64,000 nucleotides of DNA from an uncultured delta proteobacterium (GTDB lineage: Bacteria > Myxococcota > Myxococcia > SLRQ01), in assembly GCA_963727485.1 (NCBI GenBank), contig CAVSGM010000001.1, positions 1,088,001 to 1,152,000 of the forward strand, read 5' to 3'. The position numbers and the translations under genes were made by a program. The notes below the pieces were generated by a model. The model saw only the letters and a program-made list of their open reading frames with translations, had not been told where the DNA came from and did no database searches. Shown here in pieces: positions 9,991 to 19,399 of this stretch (the stretch's first letter is position 1; the number at the start of each line of letters is the position of its first letter).

Positions 9991-10797
9991 ATGCTCGGAT
10001 GGACGCACACGCAGGGTGGAGCAGGGCAGAGTTGGCGGCTGGGCGTGGCGGCGACGTGCCTGGCCGCCCTGGCGGCGGGGTGCGGCGCCACGGCGCCCAG
10101 CGGCCCCGGCGACGGTGGGGCGGGCGGCGCTCCCGGCTGGCACCTCTTCTTCCCCTTGGACCAGCGGGACGGCCACGTGCTGACGACGGCGGAGTACTCC
10201 GGGGGCGCCGTTCCCCTGCGGTCGTGGACGCCCGGGCCTGGGGATCCCTGGCTGGCAGACCTGACGGATCGGACCCTTGTCGTCAAGGCCACCATGTCCG
10301 ACGGCCAGGCGGACCTCGACCTGGTGCTCGCCCGCTCCGGCGACACCGTCTCCCTGGATGGCAGCGCCACCGTCGGCGTCAGTCCCATGAGCCGCCAGAT
10401 CGTCTCGGGCTACGGCGGGTTGGCGGGGGCGACCTGGTGCTATCGCCCGAAGACGTCGGCGCGGTCGGTGCGGTTCACCGCGACCATGAACGTCAAGACC
10501 CTCACCGTCGCCGGGCAGGACGCCGAGGCCTTCGCCGAGATCGCCAACTGGGGCGACGGGGGAGGCTGCCGTGCGGAGAAGGTCGTTCACGTGGGGCGGG
10601 CGATGGATGACCCGGCGCCGTGCACGTCGGCCCAGGTCGACCTCTCCGTCTACGACGGCGAGGCGTGCCTCGACGGAGACAGCGTGGGCGCTCGCCTGGT
10701 CTGGGGCGGCCACGCGGGGAGCGTCGACAACCCGGCGCCCGACGACTCGGCGTCCATCGAGGTGGCCTTCACCGTCAAGGCGACGGCCCTGCCGTAG
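9991..10797 (+). CDS. Uncharacterised lipoprotein (paralog A)
   Basis: LAAGC lipobox; shares PGWHL, SGDTV, WCYRP, NWG, DGEACL with 11395..12210. Confidence 0.75.
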   Translation: MLGWTHTQGGAGQSWRLGVAATCLAALAAGCGATAPSGPGDGGAGGAPGWHLFFPLDQRDGHVLTTAEYSGGAVPLRSWTPGPGDPWLADLTDRTLVVKATMSDGQADLDLVLARSGDTVSLDGSATVGVSPMSRQIVSGYGGLAGATWCYRPKTSARSVRFTATMNVKTLTVAGQDAEAFAEIANWGDGGGCRAEKVVHVGRAMDDPAPCTSAQVDLSVYDGEACLDGDSVGARLVWGGHAGSVDNPAPDDSASIEVAFTVKATALP

Positions 10798-10999
10798 GCG
10801 GCAGCGCCTCGGTGCAGGTGGTGGACACGGTCAGGGCGGCGCCGGGGTGGGGCGGGCGCCGGCGTCGAGGAGCTGGGCCGCGTGGTGAGCGTGCAGCGGC
10901 GTGACGCCCGACGCGTCCCAAGCACGGTACGCGCTCGACGACCCACGGCCTGCACGACGCGGTCGACCGTGCTCCGGCAGGTCGCGAAGTGAGTACCCC

Positions 11000-11235
11000 T
11001 CAACTCGCTGTACAGCGAGTTCGGAACCAAGGCGGGTCTGTTCAGCGCCGCAATCGAATACTACGAACAACACATCGTGCCCTTGTACATCGGCGCCCTC
11101 GAACAGCCTGACGCATCCTTCGGCACCATCCGCGATGTGCTCAACGCCTTCTCGGCCTCCGCCGACACCGATGACCTTGTCCCCGGGTGCCTCATCACCA
11201 ACACGGCCACCGAGCTCGCTCCGACACCGGACGCC
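11000..11235 (+). pseudogene. TetR/AcrR-family regulator fragment
   Basis: Reads NSLYSEFGTKAGLFSAAIEYYE...GCLITNTATELAP; no intact start or C-terminus. Confidence 0.7.
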
Positions 11236-11394
11236 AGTCACCACGTACCGGTCGGTGTCGAGACGGCCCGACCCGAGAGCCCCCACCGGGAGTGCTCGCC
11301 GCGGGGAGCCCGACCGGGGTAAAGTCACCACTGGGGCAATCGACCATGCGTGGCACGCGGGAGGCCCCGTCACGCACGAACCGGGGGTTTCTCT

Positions 11395-12210
11395 ATGCGC
11401 GGCTGGCAGGTGGTCAGGGTGTGGGTCCGGGGTCTTTCGTACCTCTCGGCGGCTGCGGTCCTCGTCGCGTGCGCGCCGCCGTCCGGCGGGGGCGGCGGGA
11501 GCGATGGCGGGGCCGGCGGTGACGGGGGCACCACCGGCACGCCGGGCTGGCACCTGTCCCTGCCCCAGGACCAGGTGAGCGCCCCCCTCCTCGACATCTC
11601 CTTCCCCGGCGCCGCCGGCGGGCCTGCCGACCAGACGGCCCCGGCCGCCAACAATCCCTGGCGCCAGGGGGAGCTGACCGACAAGACCCTCGACGTCTCC
11701 GGGGACCAGGGCGACGGCCACGCCGAGGCCCACATGACCCTGGCCATCTCCGGGGACACGGTCACCGTCACCGGGAGCGCCAGCGGCAGCTCCGGGGGCA
11801 CCGTGGTGGGCTCGGCGTCCGCGGAGTTCAGCTACGTCAACTGGTGCTACCGGCCGGCCACGGCGGCGAGCGGCGTGCGGTTCGACGTGTCCATGAACAT
11901 CCAGACACTCACCGTCGGCGGTACGAACAGCTCCGCCCTCGCCCGGTTCTCCAACTGGGGGAGCACCAACACCTGCGAGGCCTTGAAGGGCATGAGCCTG
12001 GGCACCCCGGGGGACGTGCCGGCGAGCTGCACCACCGACACGGTGGACGTCACCATCTACCCGGGCGACGACGGCGAGGCGTGCCTCCACGGTGACGTCG
12101 ACGACCCGCAGGTGGCCTGGTCCGCCGTCGGCGGGGACGCCAGCGCTGCCGGCGGCGGCACCGCCTCGGTCCAGGTGGTGTACACGATCAAGGCGACGCC
12201 GATCCCCTAG
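11395..12210 (+). CDS. Uncharacterised lipoprotein (paralog B)
   Basis: VLVAC lipobox; colinear similarity to 9991..10797. Confidence 0.75.
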   Translation: MRGWQVVRVWVRGLSYLSAAAVLVACAPPSGGGGGSDGGAGGDGGTTGTPGWHLSLPQDQVSAPLLDISFPGAAGGPADQTAPAANNPWRQGELTDKTLDVSGDQGDGHAEAHMTLAISGDTVTVTGSASGSSGGTVVGSASAEFSYVNWCYRPATAASGVRFDVSMNIQTLTVGGTNSSALARFSNWGSTNTCEALKGMSLGTPGDVPASCTTDTVDVTIYPGDDGEACLHGDVDDPQVAWSAVGGDASAAGGGTASVQVVYTIKATPIP

Positions 12211-12470
12211 GCAGGGGCGGCGAGACGTCACCGACGTGGTCTTCCACCTCGCGGGCGTCCGCCGGGCGGCCTCGCCGCGGGCGTCCGGGACGTCCTCGAG
12301 GTCCGCAGCGCGAGTAAGGTTCGCGATGCGGTCCCGGGGTACGTAGCTGAACAGGCCGTCGCGGCCGAGGACGAGGGGCCCCTCGAGGCCCGACCGGTCC
12401 TGGGCGGCCACCGGACAAGCCCTTGCGGTGAAGGATCCCCGACACCCGGCCGGCGGCCCACCGTCCCGGT

Positions 12471-12500
12471 GGAACCAAATCCCACGGCTGCGTGTAACGT
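12471..12500 (+). promoter_or_regulatory. Possible ECF-type autoregulatory promoter
   Basis: GGAACC -35-like element with downstream CGTGTAA just before the ECF gene. Confidence 0.35.
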
Positions 12501-12515
12501 CACGTGCACCCGGCC

Positions 12516-13106
12516 ATGCCCGCTCCCGTGCCCAGCTTGACGCCGCGCCGCCCCGAGCTCGACGGGTCGACGCTCGCGCGTGCACAGGCGGGTGATCCAG
12601 CCGCGTGCACGGCGCTCGTCGAGCGCTATGAGCGGCCGGTCTTCGCGCTGCTGCACCGGATGGGTGCCGGCAAGATGCCGGCGGCGGCCGTCGAGGACCT
12701 CGCCCAGGAGACCTTCCTGCGCGTGTTTCGGGCGCTCGGGCGCTTCGATCCGTCGGGGCCGGCGCGGCTCTCCACCTGGAGCCTCTCCATCGCGACGCGT
12801 CTCTCGCTCGATGCGGCGCGCAGGGGACCGCCGGCCGCGGATCCGATCGAGGCACACGTCGATACGCTCGTGACGCCGCCGGACGCGGAGGAGACCCTTG
12901 AACGGCGGCGGCTCGGCGAGGCGCTCCGCGAGGCGGCGGCGCTCTCCCCGCAGCAGCGGGCGACGTTCCTGCTCTCGTGCGCGCACGGCCTCGACCAGAC
13001 GGAGATCGCGAGCGCGCTCGGGCTGCCGCTGGGCACCGTGAAGTCGCGGCTCTCCCGCGCGCGGGCAGCGATGGTGCGCGCACTCTCGGAGGTGCACGAT
13101 GGATGA
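12516..13106 (+). CDS. ECF RNA polymerase sigma factor
   Basis: AQAGD..A..LVERY, EDLAQETFLRVF, LSTW, EIASALGLPLGTVKSRLSRAR. Confidence 0.9.
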   Translation: MPAPVPSLTPRRPELDGSTLARAQAGDPAACTALVERYERPVFALLHRMGAGKMPAAAVEDLAQETFLRVFRALGRFDPSGPARLSTWSLSIATRLSLDAARRGPPAADPIEAHVDTLVTPPDAEETLERRRLGEALREAAALSPQQRATFLLSCAHGLDQTEIASALGLPLGTVKSRLSRARAAMVRALSEVHDG

Positions 13107-14485
13107 CGAGAAGATCCGCGCCGCGCTCGATGCGTGGACCACGCCCGAGCCGCCGGGGGGCTTCGCCGATGGGGTCGAGCGGGCCCGGGAGAAGGCTGCC
13201 GTGGCCCGCGCGGCGCGGGAGATCGCCGTGGCGCATCGCCCTCGGTCTCGGGCTCGCGGCCGCGGTGGCGCTCATCGTCGTCCTCGGGCGGCATCAGCTG
13301 CGCGGCGGCGCGGCGCAGGGGGCCCTCGAGGCGAGCGCGCGCACCGAGCTGCCGCTCGGCACGCGTGGCATCGCCGTCGCCGAGGCCGGCGCGAGGCTGC
13401 GCTACCACGTCGACGCGAGCGGGAGCGCGAGGGTGCGGCAGGACGCGGGCGACGTGTTCTACCGGGTTCGGCACGGCGGCCCCTTCGTGGTGACGACGCC
13501 CGCAGGCACCGTGACCGTGCGCGGGACCTGCTTCTACGTGGAGATGAGGCCCATGGCGAACAAGCGACAGATGGTGGCGGCGGCCGCGGCCGGTGCGGTG
13601 ATCGGAAGCGCGGTGACCGTCGCGGTGATCGAGGGGCGGGTCTGGGCGGAGAGCGGTGGCGCCAAGGTGACGCTCCACGCGGGCGAGGCGGCGACGATGA
13701 CACGCGGCGCGGCGCCGAAGCGCGTTGCGGTCACGACGGTGCCCCGGACGGTGCCCACGACGGCGAGCGCGCTCGAGGCCAACGCCGACGCCGATGCACG
13801 GATGAGCGCCGACCAGCGGGCCTTCGAGGCCAAGGCCGAGGTGGCGAAGCTCACCGCGCAGGTCAAGACGCTCCAGGACCAGCTCCGCCAGGCGAAGCTC
13901 GGTTACTCGGCCGATGGGAAGAGGTGGTCTCCGGACCAGGAGAACTGGGTCGACCCGTCGCAGGCAGAGCTCGTCGATCGGGCAAAGGACTGCCAGCTCC
14001 TCGTGGACCTGCCGCCCGGCGTGATCGGAAAGCCCCGGCCACTGCCCGGAGCGATGGCAAGGGACCTCGGCATGAGCGAGCGCGAGGTCGACGCCTACGA
14101 TGCGCTCGCCCGGCGCTACAACGCCGCGACCCACGAGCGGATCGCCGCGATCTACGTGGCCGCCACGGGCGACACCAAGGGCGCCAAGACGATGTCGGTC
14201 GGTGCCATGGAGAGCGAGATCCGGGCGAAGGCTCCGAAGGGCATGCGCCTCGTGGCGCAGCAGGAGGTGAGCGCCGAGCTCGCCGGCCTCGCTCGGCCTC
14301 CCGCGGACCCGAGCACCGACCCCCCGCTCGTCAGGCTCGTCCGCTACCAGGCCGGGATTGGCGATCGCTTCGAGGCCGATCTGGGCAAGGTGATCGGTGC
14401 CGACCGCGCCCACGAGCTCCGGAAGAAGAACAACGGTTGGGGCATGAAGCTTGCGAACCAGGGCTGCCCCGGCGACGGGCAGTGA
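13099..14485 (+). CDS. FecR-like anti-sigma factor; apparent frameshift near 13220
   Basis: Overlaps sigma stop; TM (IALGLGLAAAVALIVV); FecR-like GDVFYRV..GGPFVVTTPAGTVTVRGT and VAVIEGRV. Confidence 0.75.
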
Positions 14486-14614
14486 TCCGAGCGGGGGCAA
14501 GCTGGACCATTGGGCCAGTACCCAATCGTAGACTGGTGGGCTGCGACGCCTCGCCTGGTTCCAGCTCTCGTCAGCGATTTGTTGGGCGGCAACCCTACCG
14601 CTCGCCGTCGGAAT

Positions 14615-15193
14615 TCAACTGCTGGCGTCCAGCGCCGCTTTGTAGAGGCTCTGCTTGGGCTGCGCCATGACCTTTCGAACCAACGGAGCGAACAAGTCAA
14701 GCGACAATTTTGGATGTGAATTATCAAATGCGAGGTTGTCGTACTTCGCTATGAAATGCGCCGTACGCTCATAGTGCTCTGAATCTTTGAATTGTTCCCG
14801 CATGTTGCGGTCCATGCCCAAATGATGGAAGAAGTTGTAACCTTGGAAGATCGCGTGATGCTTGATCATCCAGTGGTTGGCCTCCGAAATGAAGGGCTGC
14901 AAGATTGCTGCTGCCACGTCCGCATGGTTGAAGCTACCCAAGGTATCGCCGATGTCGTGCAGGAGAGCACAAACTACGTATTCGTCATCTTCGCCAGATT
15001 CTGCAGCCCGCTCAGCGGTCTGAAGGCAGTGCTGCAGCCTGTCAATGGGAAAGCCACCGTAATCGCCGCTGAGGAGCTGCATATGCGCCAGGATCCGATC
15101 TGGCAGACCGGACATGAACTGCTTCTGCTCCCCGATGATTATTTGCCAATCATCTTTGGTGCTTTCGGTGAAGGATTTGAAGTTTGTTTTCAT
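14615..15193 (-). CDS. HD-domain phosphohydrolase (lower GC than host)
   Basis: HCLQTA, ALLHDIGD, NHAD, HHAIFQGY; many A/T-ending codons; RBS GAGGAG. Confidence 0.88.
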   Translation of the reverse strand: MKTNFKSFTESTKDDWQIIIGEQKQFMSGLPDRILAHMQLLSGDYGGFPIDRLQHCLQTAERAAESGEDDEYVVCALLHDIGDTLGSFNHADVAAAILQPFISEANHWMIKHHAIFQGYNFFHHLGMDRNMREQFKDSEHYERTAHFIAKYDNLAFDNSHPKLSLDLFAPLVRKVMAQPKQSLYKAALDASS

Positions 15194-15209
15194 CGGTTCT
15201 CCTCATCCA

Positions 15210-15882
15210 GGTGTAGGAAGCACAAACGCCCTTGCAGGCGAGGCCGGTTGACGGAGCGGTCCTTGCCGGACCTGCCCAGGGCCTCCCCAAGGCCTGCATC
15301 CTATCGTAGAACAGCGGGCTGCGGCGCCTCGCCGGGTTCCAACTGGTTCAACGCCCGAAAATCCCGGCATCGCAGTCGCAGCAGTACCCTTCGGGGAAAC
15401 GAAGGCCGCCAGCCGGCGTAGGAGGTCCATCGGATCAATGCGCAGCTGACTTCGGCCATCGCGCAAGGGCTGTCGCAAGCGATGGTAGACCTCGCCCCGC
15501 GAGTCCTCCTCGAGGCGGTGCTCGGCGAAGAGAGGACGCAGGCCGTAGCGCAGCATCCAAGGTAGCGGACGCGACGGGGCAGCGAGAGCACCCACTGCCG
15601 ATAGCCGGCAACGGGCAGAACCCGATCGACGAGGTGCGCGGCGATGTCGTACATCCGGCGGCCGTTGCAGCTCGGGCAGGAGCGGCCCTCGCAGGAGACG
15701 GGTAGGAGGCGCTCGTGGCCGCAATCAGCACAGCGCAGACCGGTGAAACCGTGGGCGAGGACGCCGCAGTCGAGGAAGGCTTCGAAGGCCTCGACGACGT
15801 GGCGGGGGAGCTCGGCACGGAGCTCGCGAAAGGTCGCCAGGTGCTCGCGCACCAGGCGATGGAGGAGAGACGAGGCAACCAA
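15210..15882 (-). mobile_element. Internally deleted IS91/ISCR-family element (transposase pseudogene plus oriIS)
   Basis: Zn-binding N-terminus FLDCG.LAHGF..RC.DC..SC..R.CPSC..RRM..RQWVLSLP; C-terminal piece DGRSQLRIDPMDLLRRLAA; central HUH region absent; minus-strand end GCGTTTGTGCTTCCTACACC. Confidence 0.8.
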
Positions 15883-16070
15883 GGGTCGCCGGGGGCCTCA
15901 CGGCGGGTGCCAGATCGGGTCGGGTCCTGTTTGCGGGGGCTTGCGCCGGATTTCCGGGGTCTGAGTCGTCCGGGGCGTGGACGGTCGTCCGAACGAGCCG
16001 CAGCCCAACGCCCCCGCGCGGGCGAAGCAGGGCGCTTGCCCCTCCGCCCTCCGTCGGCTACCAAGCGCCC

Positions 16071-17045
16071 ATGCGCACCCTGGTCACCGGCGCCACCGGC
16101 TTCGTCGGCCGAGCCCTCGCCCGCCGCCTCGTCGACGACGGCCACGTAGTCCGGGCCCTGGTCCGGGAGGGCGGCGATCCCACGGTGCTCCCCGAGGGCG
16201 TCGAGCTCGTCCAGGGGGACGTCACCGATCCGGTGAGCCTCGACGCCGCGGTGCAGGGCACCGACGTGGTCTTCCACCTCGCCGGGATCCGCCGGGCGGC
16301 GACCAAGCACGACTTCTTCCAGGTGAACGCCGAGGGCACCCGCCACCTCTGCGAGGCGGTGGCGAAGATGGAGACCCCCGCACGGGTGGTCTTCGCCGGG
16401 TCCCTGGCGGCGGTGGGCCCCGCCCGCGAGGGCCGGCCGGTCCACGAGGACGACCCGTTCCGGCCCTTCGAGTGGTACGGCGAGTCCAAGGCCGAGGCCG
16501 AGCGCATCCTCGCCGGCTACACCGGGCGCATCCCCTGGACCGTGGCCCGCCCCTGCCGGATCCTCGGGCCCGGGGACCAGGAGAACCTGGTGTTCTTCAA
16601 GCTGGTGGCAAAGGGCCTGCGGCTGGTGGTCGGGGGCCCCAGGCGGCCCATCTCCATGGTGGACGTCGTCGACGTGGTCGAGGCCCTCATGGACATGGCC
16701 GAGAGCGACGCGGCCCTGGGCGAGGCGTTCTTCATCGCCGCCGAGCCGCCCCTGTCGCTCGCCGAGCTCCAGGACATCGGCGCCGAGGCCCTGGGGATTC
16801 GCCTCAAGACCTTGTACCTGCCCCAGCCGGTGCTCTGGACCCTGGCCACCGCCGCCGACGGGGTGAGCCGGGTCAGCGGGCACCGCCTGCCCCTGAACCG
16901 CAAGCTCGCCCGGCAGCTCACCGCGCCCTCCTGGGCCTGCTCCATCGAGAAGGCCGGGCGCCTCCTGGGGTGGACCCCCAAGGTCCCGATTCGCGAGTCG
17001 GTGGCCGCCGCCGCCAGGTGGTACCGCGACGCCGGCCTCGTGTGA
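16071..17045 (+). CDS. NAD-dependent epimerase/dehydratase (extended SDR), first gene of elb-like operon
   Basis: [18 protein letters not shown]. Confidence 0.9.
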   Translation: MRTLVTGATGFVGRALARRLVDDGHVVRALVREGGDPTVLPEGVELVQGDVTDPVSLDAAVQGTDVVFHLAGIRRAATKHDFFQVNAEGTRHLCEAVAKMETPARVVFAGSLAAVGPAREGRPVHEDDPFRPFEWYGESKAEAERILAGYTGRIPWTVARPCRILGPGDQENLVFFKLVAKGLRLVVGGPRRPISMVDVVDVVEALMDMAESDAALGEAFFIAAEPPLSLAELQDIGAEALGIRLKTLYLPQPVLWTLATAADGVSRVSGHRLPLNRKLARQLTAPSWACSIEKAGRLLGWTPKVPIRESVAAAARWYRDAGLV

Positions 17046-17072
17046 TACCCCTTGGCGACCCCGAGACCGCCC

Positions 17073-17798
17073 ATGGCCCACCCGACCCGTGCCCACGCCG
17101 CCCACGCGGCTCCTGACGCCCCCCCGGTCGACGTCGCCTTCTTCGACGTCGACGGGACCCTGGTGCGCACCAACCTGGTGCACCTCTACGCCTACTACGC
17201 CTTCAACACCGGGTCGCTCGCCGACTCCTTCCGCCGCGCCGGGCGCCTCTTCGCCTCGATCCCCGCGTGGTGGGCGGTGGACAAGGTCAGCCGCCGGGCC
17301 TTCAACGAGGCCTTCTTCCGCTCCTACAAGGGGCTCTCCGAGGACCGCCTGGCGGTGCTCAGCGAGGAGCTCTTCGAGGAGGTCCTGGAGAAGGCGCTGA
17401 TCCCCGGGGCGGTGCGCCTGCTGAAGGCCTGCCAGCGTGCCGGCGCCCGGGTGGTGCTGGTCACCGGCGCCCTCGACTTCTCCATCGGCCCGCTCGCCCG
17501 CCACCTCGGCGTCGACGACGTCCTGGCCAACCGGATGGAGTTCGTCGCCGGCCGGGCCACCGGCCGGGTGGTGCCGCCGCTCGTCGAGGGCGCCAGCAAG
17601 GCCGAGGCCATGCGCGCCTTCTGCGAGCGCGAGGGCGTCCAGCTCTCCCGGTGCGCCGCCTACTCCGACTCCTTCTCCGACTACCCCATGCTCGCGGTGG
17701 TCGGTCACCCCACCGCGGTGAACCCCGACCTCCGGCTCCGGGCCCAGGCCAAGGGCTACCGCTGGCCGGTGGTGGACACCTCCGAGGAATCCCGATGA
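17073..17798 (+). CDS. HAD-IB (SerB-like) hydrolase
   Basis: [25 protein letters not shown]. Confidence 0.9.
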   Translation: MAHPTRAHAAHAAPDAPPVDVAFFDVDGTLVRTNLVHLYAYYAFNTGSLADSFRRAGRLFASIPAWWAVDKVSRRAFNEAFFRSYKGLSEDRLAVLSEELFEEVLEKALIPGAVRLLKACQRAGARVVLVTGALDFSIGPLARHLGVDDVLANRMEFVAGRATGRVVPPLVEGASKAEAMRAFCEREGVQLSRCAAYSDSFSDYPMLAVVGHPTAVNPDLRLRAQAKGYRWPVVDTSEESR

Positions 17799-19399
17799 GC
17801 CTGTCCCTGGCCGAGCGCCTCGCCGAGGAGCGCCTCGTCGTCACCCTCGACGACGACTCGGCGCCGCGCGTCCTGTTCAACGGTGAGGACTTCCTCCTCG
17901 CCGACCTCCCCGCGGGCACCCGCGTCGTCTACCCGCGCAAGCCCCTCGAGGGCGTGGCCAACCCCACCGCGGCGATCCGCTACGCCCTCAACCACCCCCA
18001 CGAGATGGACCCGCTCCACGCCCTGCTCCGGCCGGGGATGAAGCTGACCATCGCCATGGACGACATCTCGCTGCCGCTGCCGCCCATGAAGACCCCGGAC
18101 ATCCGCCAGCAGATCCTGGAGATCGTCCTGGGGATGGCCGCCGACGCCGGCGTCGACGACATCGAGATGGTCATCGCCAACTCGTTGCACCGGCGGATGA
18201 GCGCCTGGGAGGTGAAGCGGATGGTGGGCGCCGAGATCTTCGACGCCTGGTGGCCCGACCGCCTCTACAACCACGACGCCGAGGCCGACGACTTCGTCAC
18301 CCTCGGCGAGACCCGCCACGGTGAGCTGGTGCAGCTCCCGCAGCGCGTCGTGGACAGCGACCTGGTCGTCTACGTGAACATCAACCTCGTCCCCATGGAC
18401 GGGGGCCACAAGTCCGTGGGCGTGGGCCTCTCGAACTACGCGTGCCTGGGGGCGCACCACAACCCGGACACCATCCGCAAGTCGGACTCCTACATGGATC
18501 CGTCGCACTCGGAGCTGTCCCACAGCGTCGAGCGCATCGGGAAGATCGTCGACGAGCACGTGAAGGTCTTCCACATCGAGACCGCGCTGAACAACCGGAT
18601 GTTCGAAGGGCAGATGGAGTTCCTCCAGAAGAACGAGGACCACTTCACCGACTTCGACCGCCTGAAGTTCAAGGCGATGCAGGCGTCCCTGGCGAGGCTC
18701 CCGCGCAAGCTCAAGCGCAAGATGCTCTTCAACGTGCCCGCGGCCTACGAGCTCATCGAGTGCCACGCCGGCGCCACCGAGCCCACCCACCAGCGCATCC
18801 TCGACGCCTGCTTCCGCCAGTACGCGGTGCCGGTGAAGGGCCAGAGCGACGTGCTGATCACCGGCATCCCCTACGTCTCGCCCTACAACGTGTACGCGGC
18901 GCTCAACCCGCTTCTGGTCCAGGTGCTGGCCCTCGGGTACTTCCACAACATGTACCGGGGGGCGCCGGTCCTGAAGAAGGACGGGGTGCTCATCATCACC
19001 CACCCCCTCTACGACGAGTTCGACCCGGTGCAGCACCCCAGCTACATCGAGTTCTTCCACCGGCTGCTGCCCGAGACCCGGGACGCGCACACCCTGATGC
19101 GCAAGTACCAGGACGAGTTCGCCAAGAACCCCACCTACGTGCAGATGTACCGCGAGGGGAACGCCTACCACGGCGCCCACCCCTTCTACATGTGGTACTG
19201 GGGCGAGAACGGCCGGCAGCACGTGGGCAAGGTCATCTGCGTGGGCGCCGAGTCGCCGCATGTCACCGACATCCTCGGGTGGGAGCGGGCCGACACCATC
19301 GCCGAGGCCCTGTCCATGGCCCGGTCGCACCTGGGGCGGAGCCCCGAGGTGACCATGCTCCACCACCCGCCCATCTTCATCTCGGACGTCACTCCGTGA
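17795..19399 (+). CDS. Lactate-racemase-like (DUF2088/LarA N-terminal) protein
   Basis: [31 protein letters not shown] overlaps the HAD stop. Confidence 0.75.
   Translation: MSLSLAERLAEERLVVTLDDDSAPRVLFNGEDFLLADLPAGTRVVYPRKPLEGVANPTAAIRYALNHPHEMDPLHALLRPGMKLTIAMDDISLPLPPMKTPDIRQQILEIVLGMAADAGVDDIEMVIANSLHRRMSAWEVKRMVGAEIFDAWWPDRLYNHDAEADDFVTLGETRHGELVQLPQRVVDSDLVVYVNINLVPMDGGHKSVGVGLSNYACLGAHHNPDTIRKSDSYMDPSHSELSHSVERIGKIVDEHVKVFHIETALNNRMFEGQMEFLQKNEDHFTDFDRLKFKAMQASLARLPRKLKRKMLFNVPAAYELIECHAGATEPTHQRILDACFRQYAVPVKGQSDVLITGIPYVSPYNVYAALNPLLVQVLALGYFHNMYRGAPVLKKDGVLIITHPLYDEFDPVQHPSYIEFFHRLLPETRDAHTLMRKYQDEFAKNPTYVQMYREGNAYHGAHPFYMWYWGENGRQHVGKVICVGAESPHVTDILGWERADTIAEALSMARSHLGRSPEVTMLHHPPIFISDVTP

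Noticed and set aside
11351..11365. Sigma54 promoter TGGCACG-N6-GC before lipoprotein B
   Set aside because: Spacing fits but the -12 TTGC is absent; too weak in GC-rich DNA
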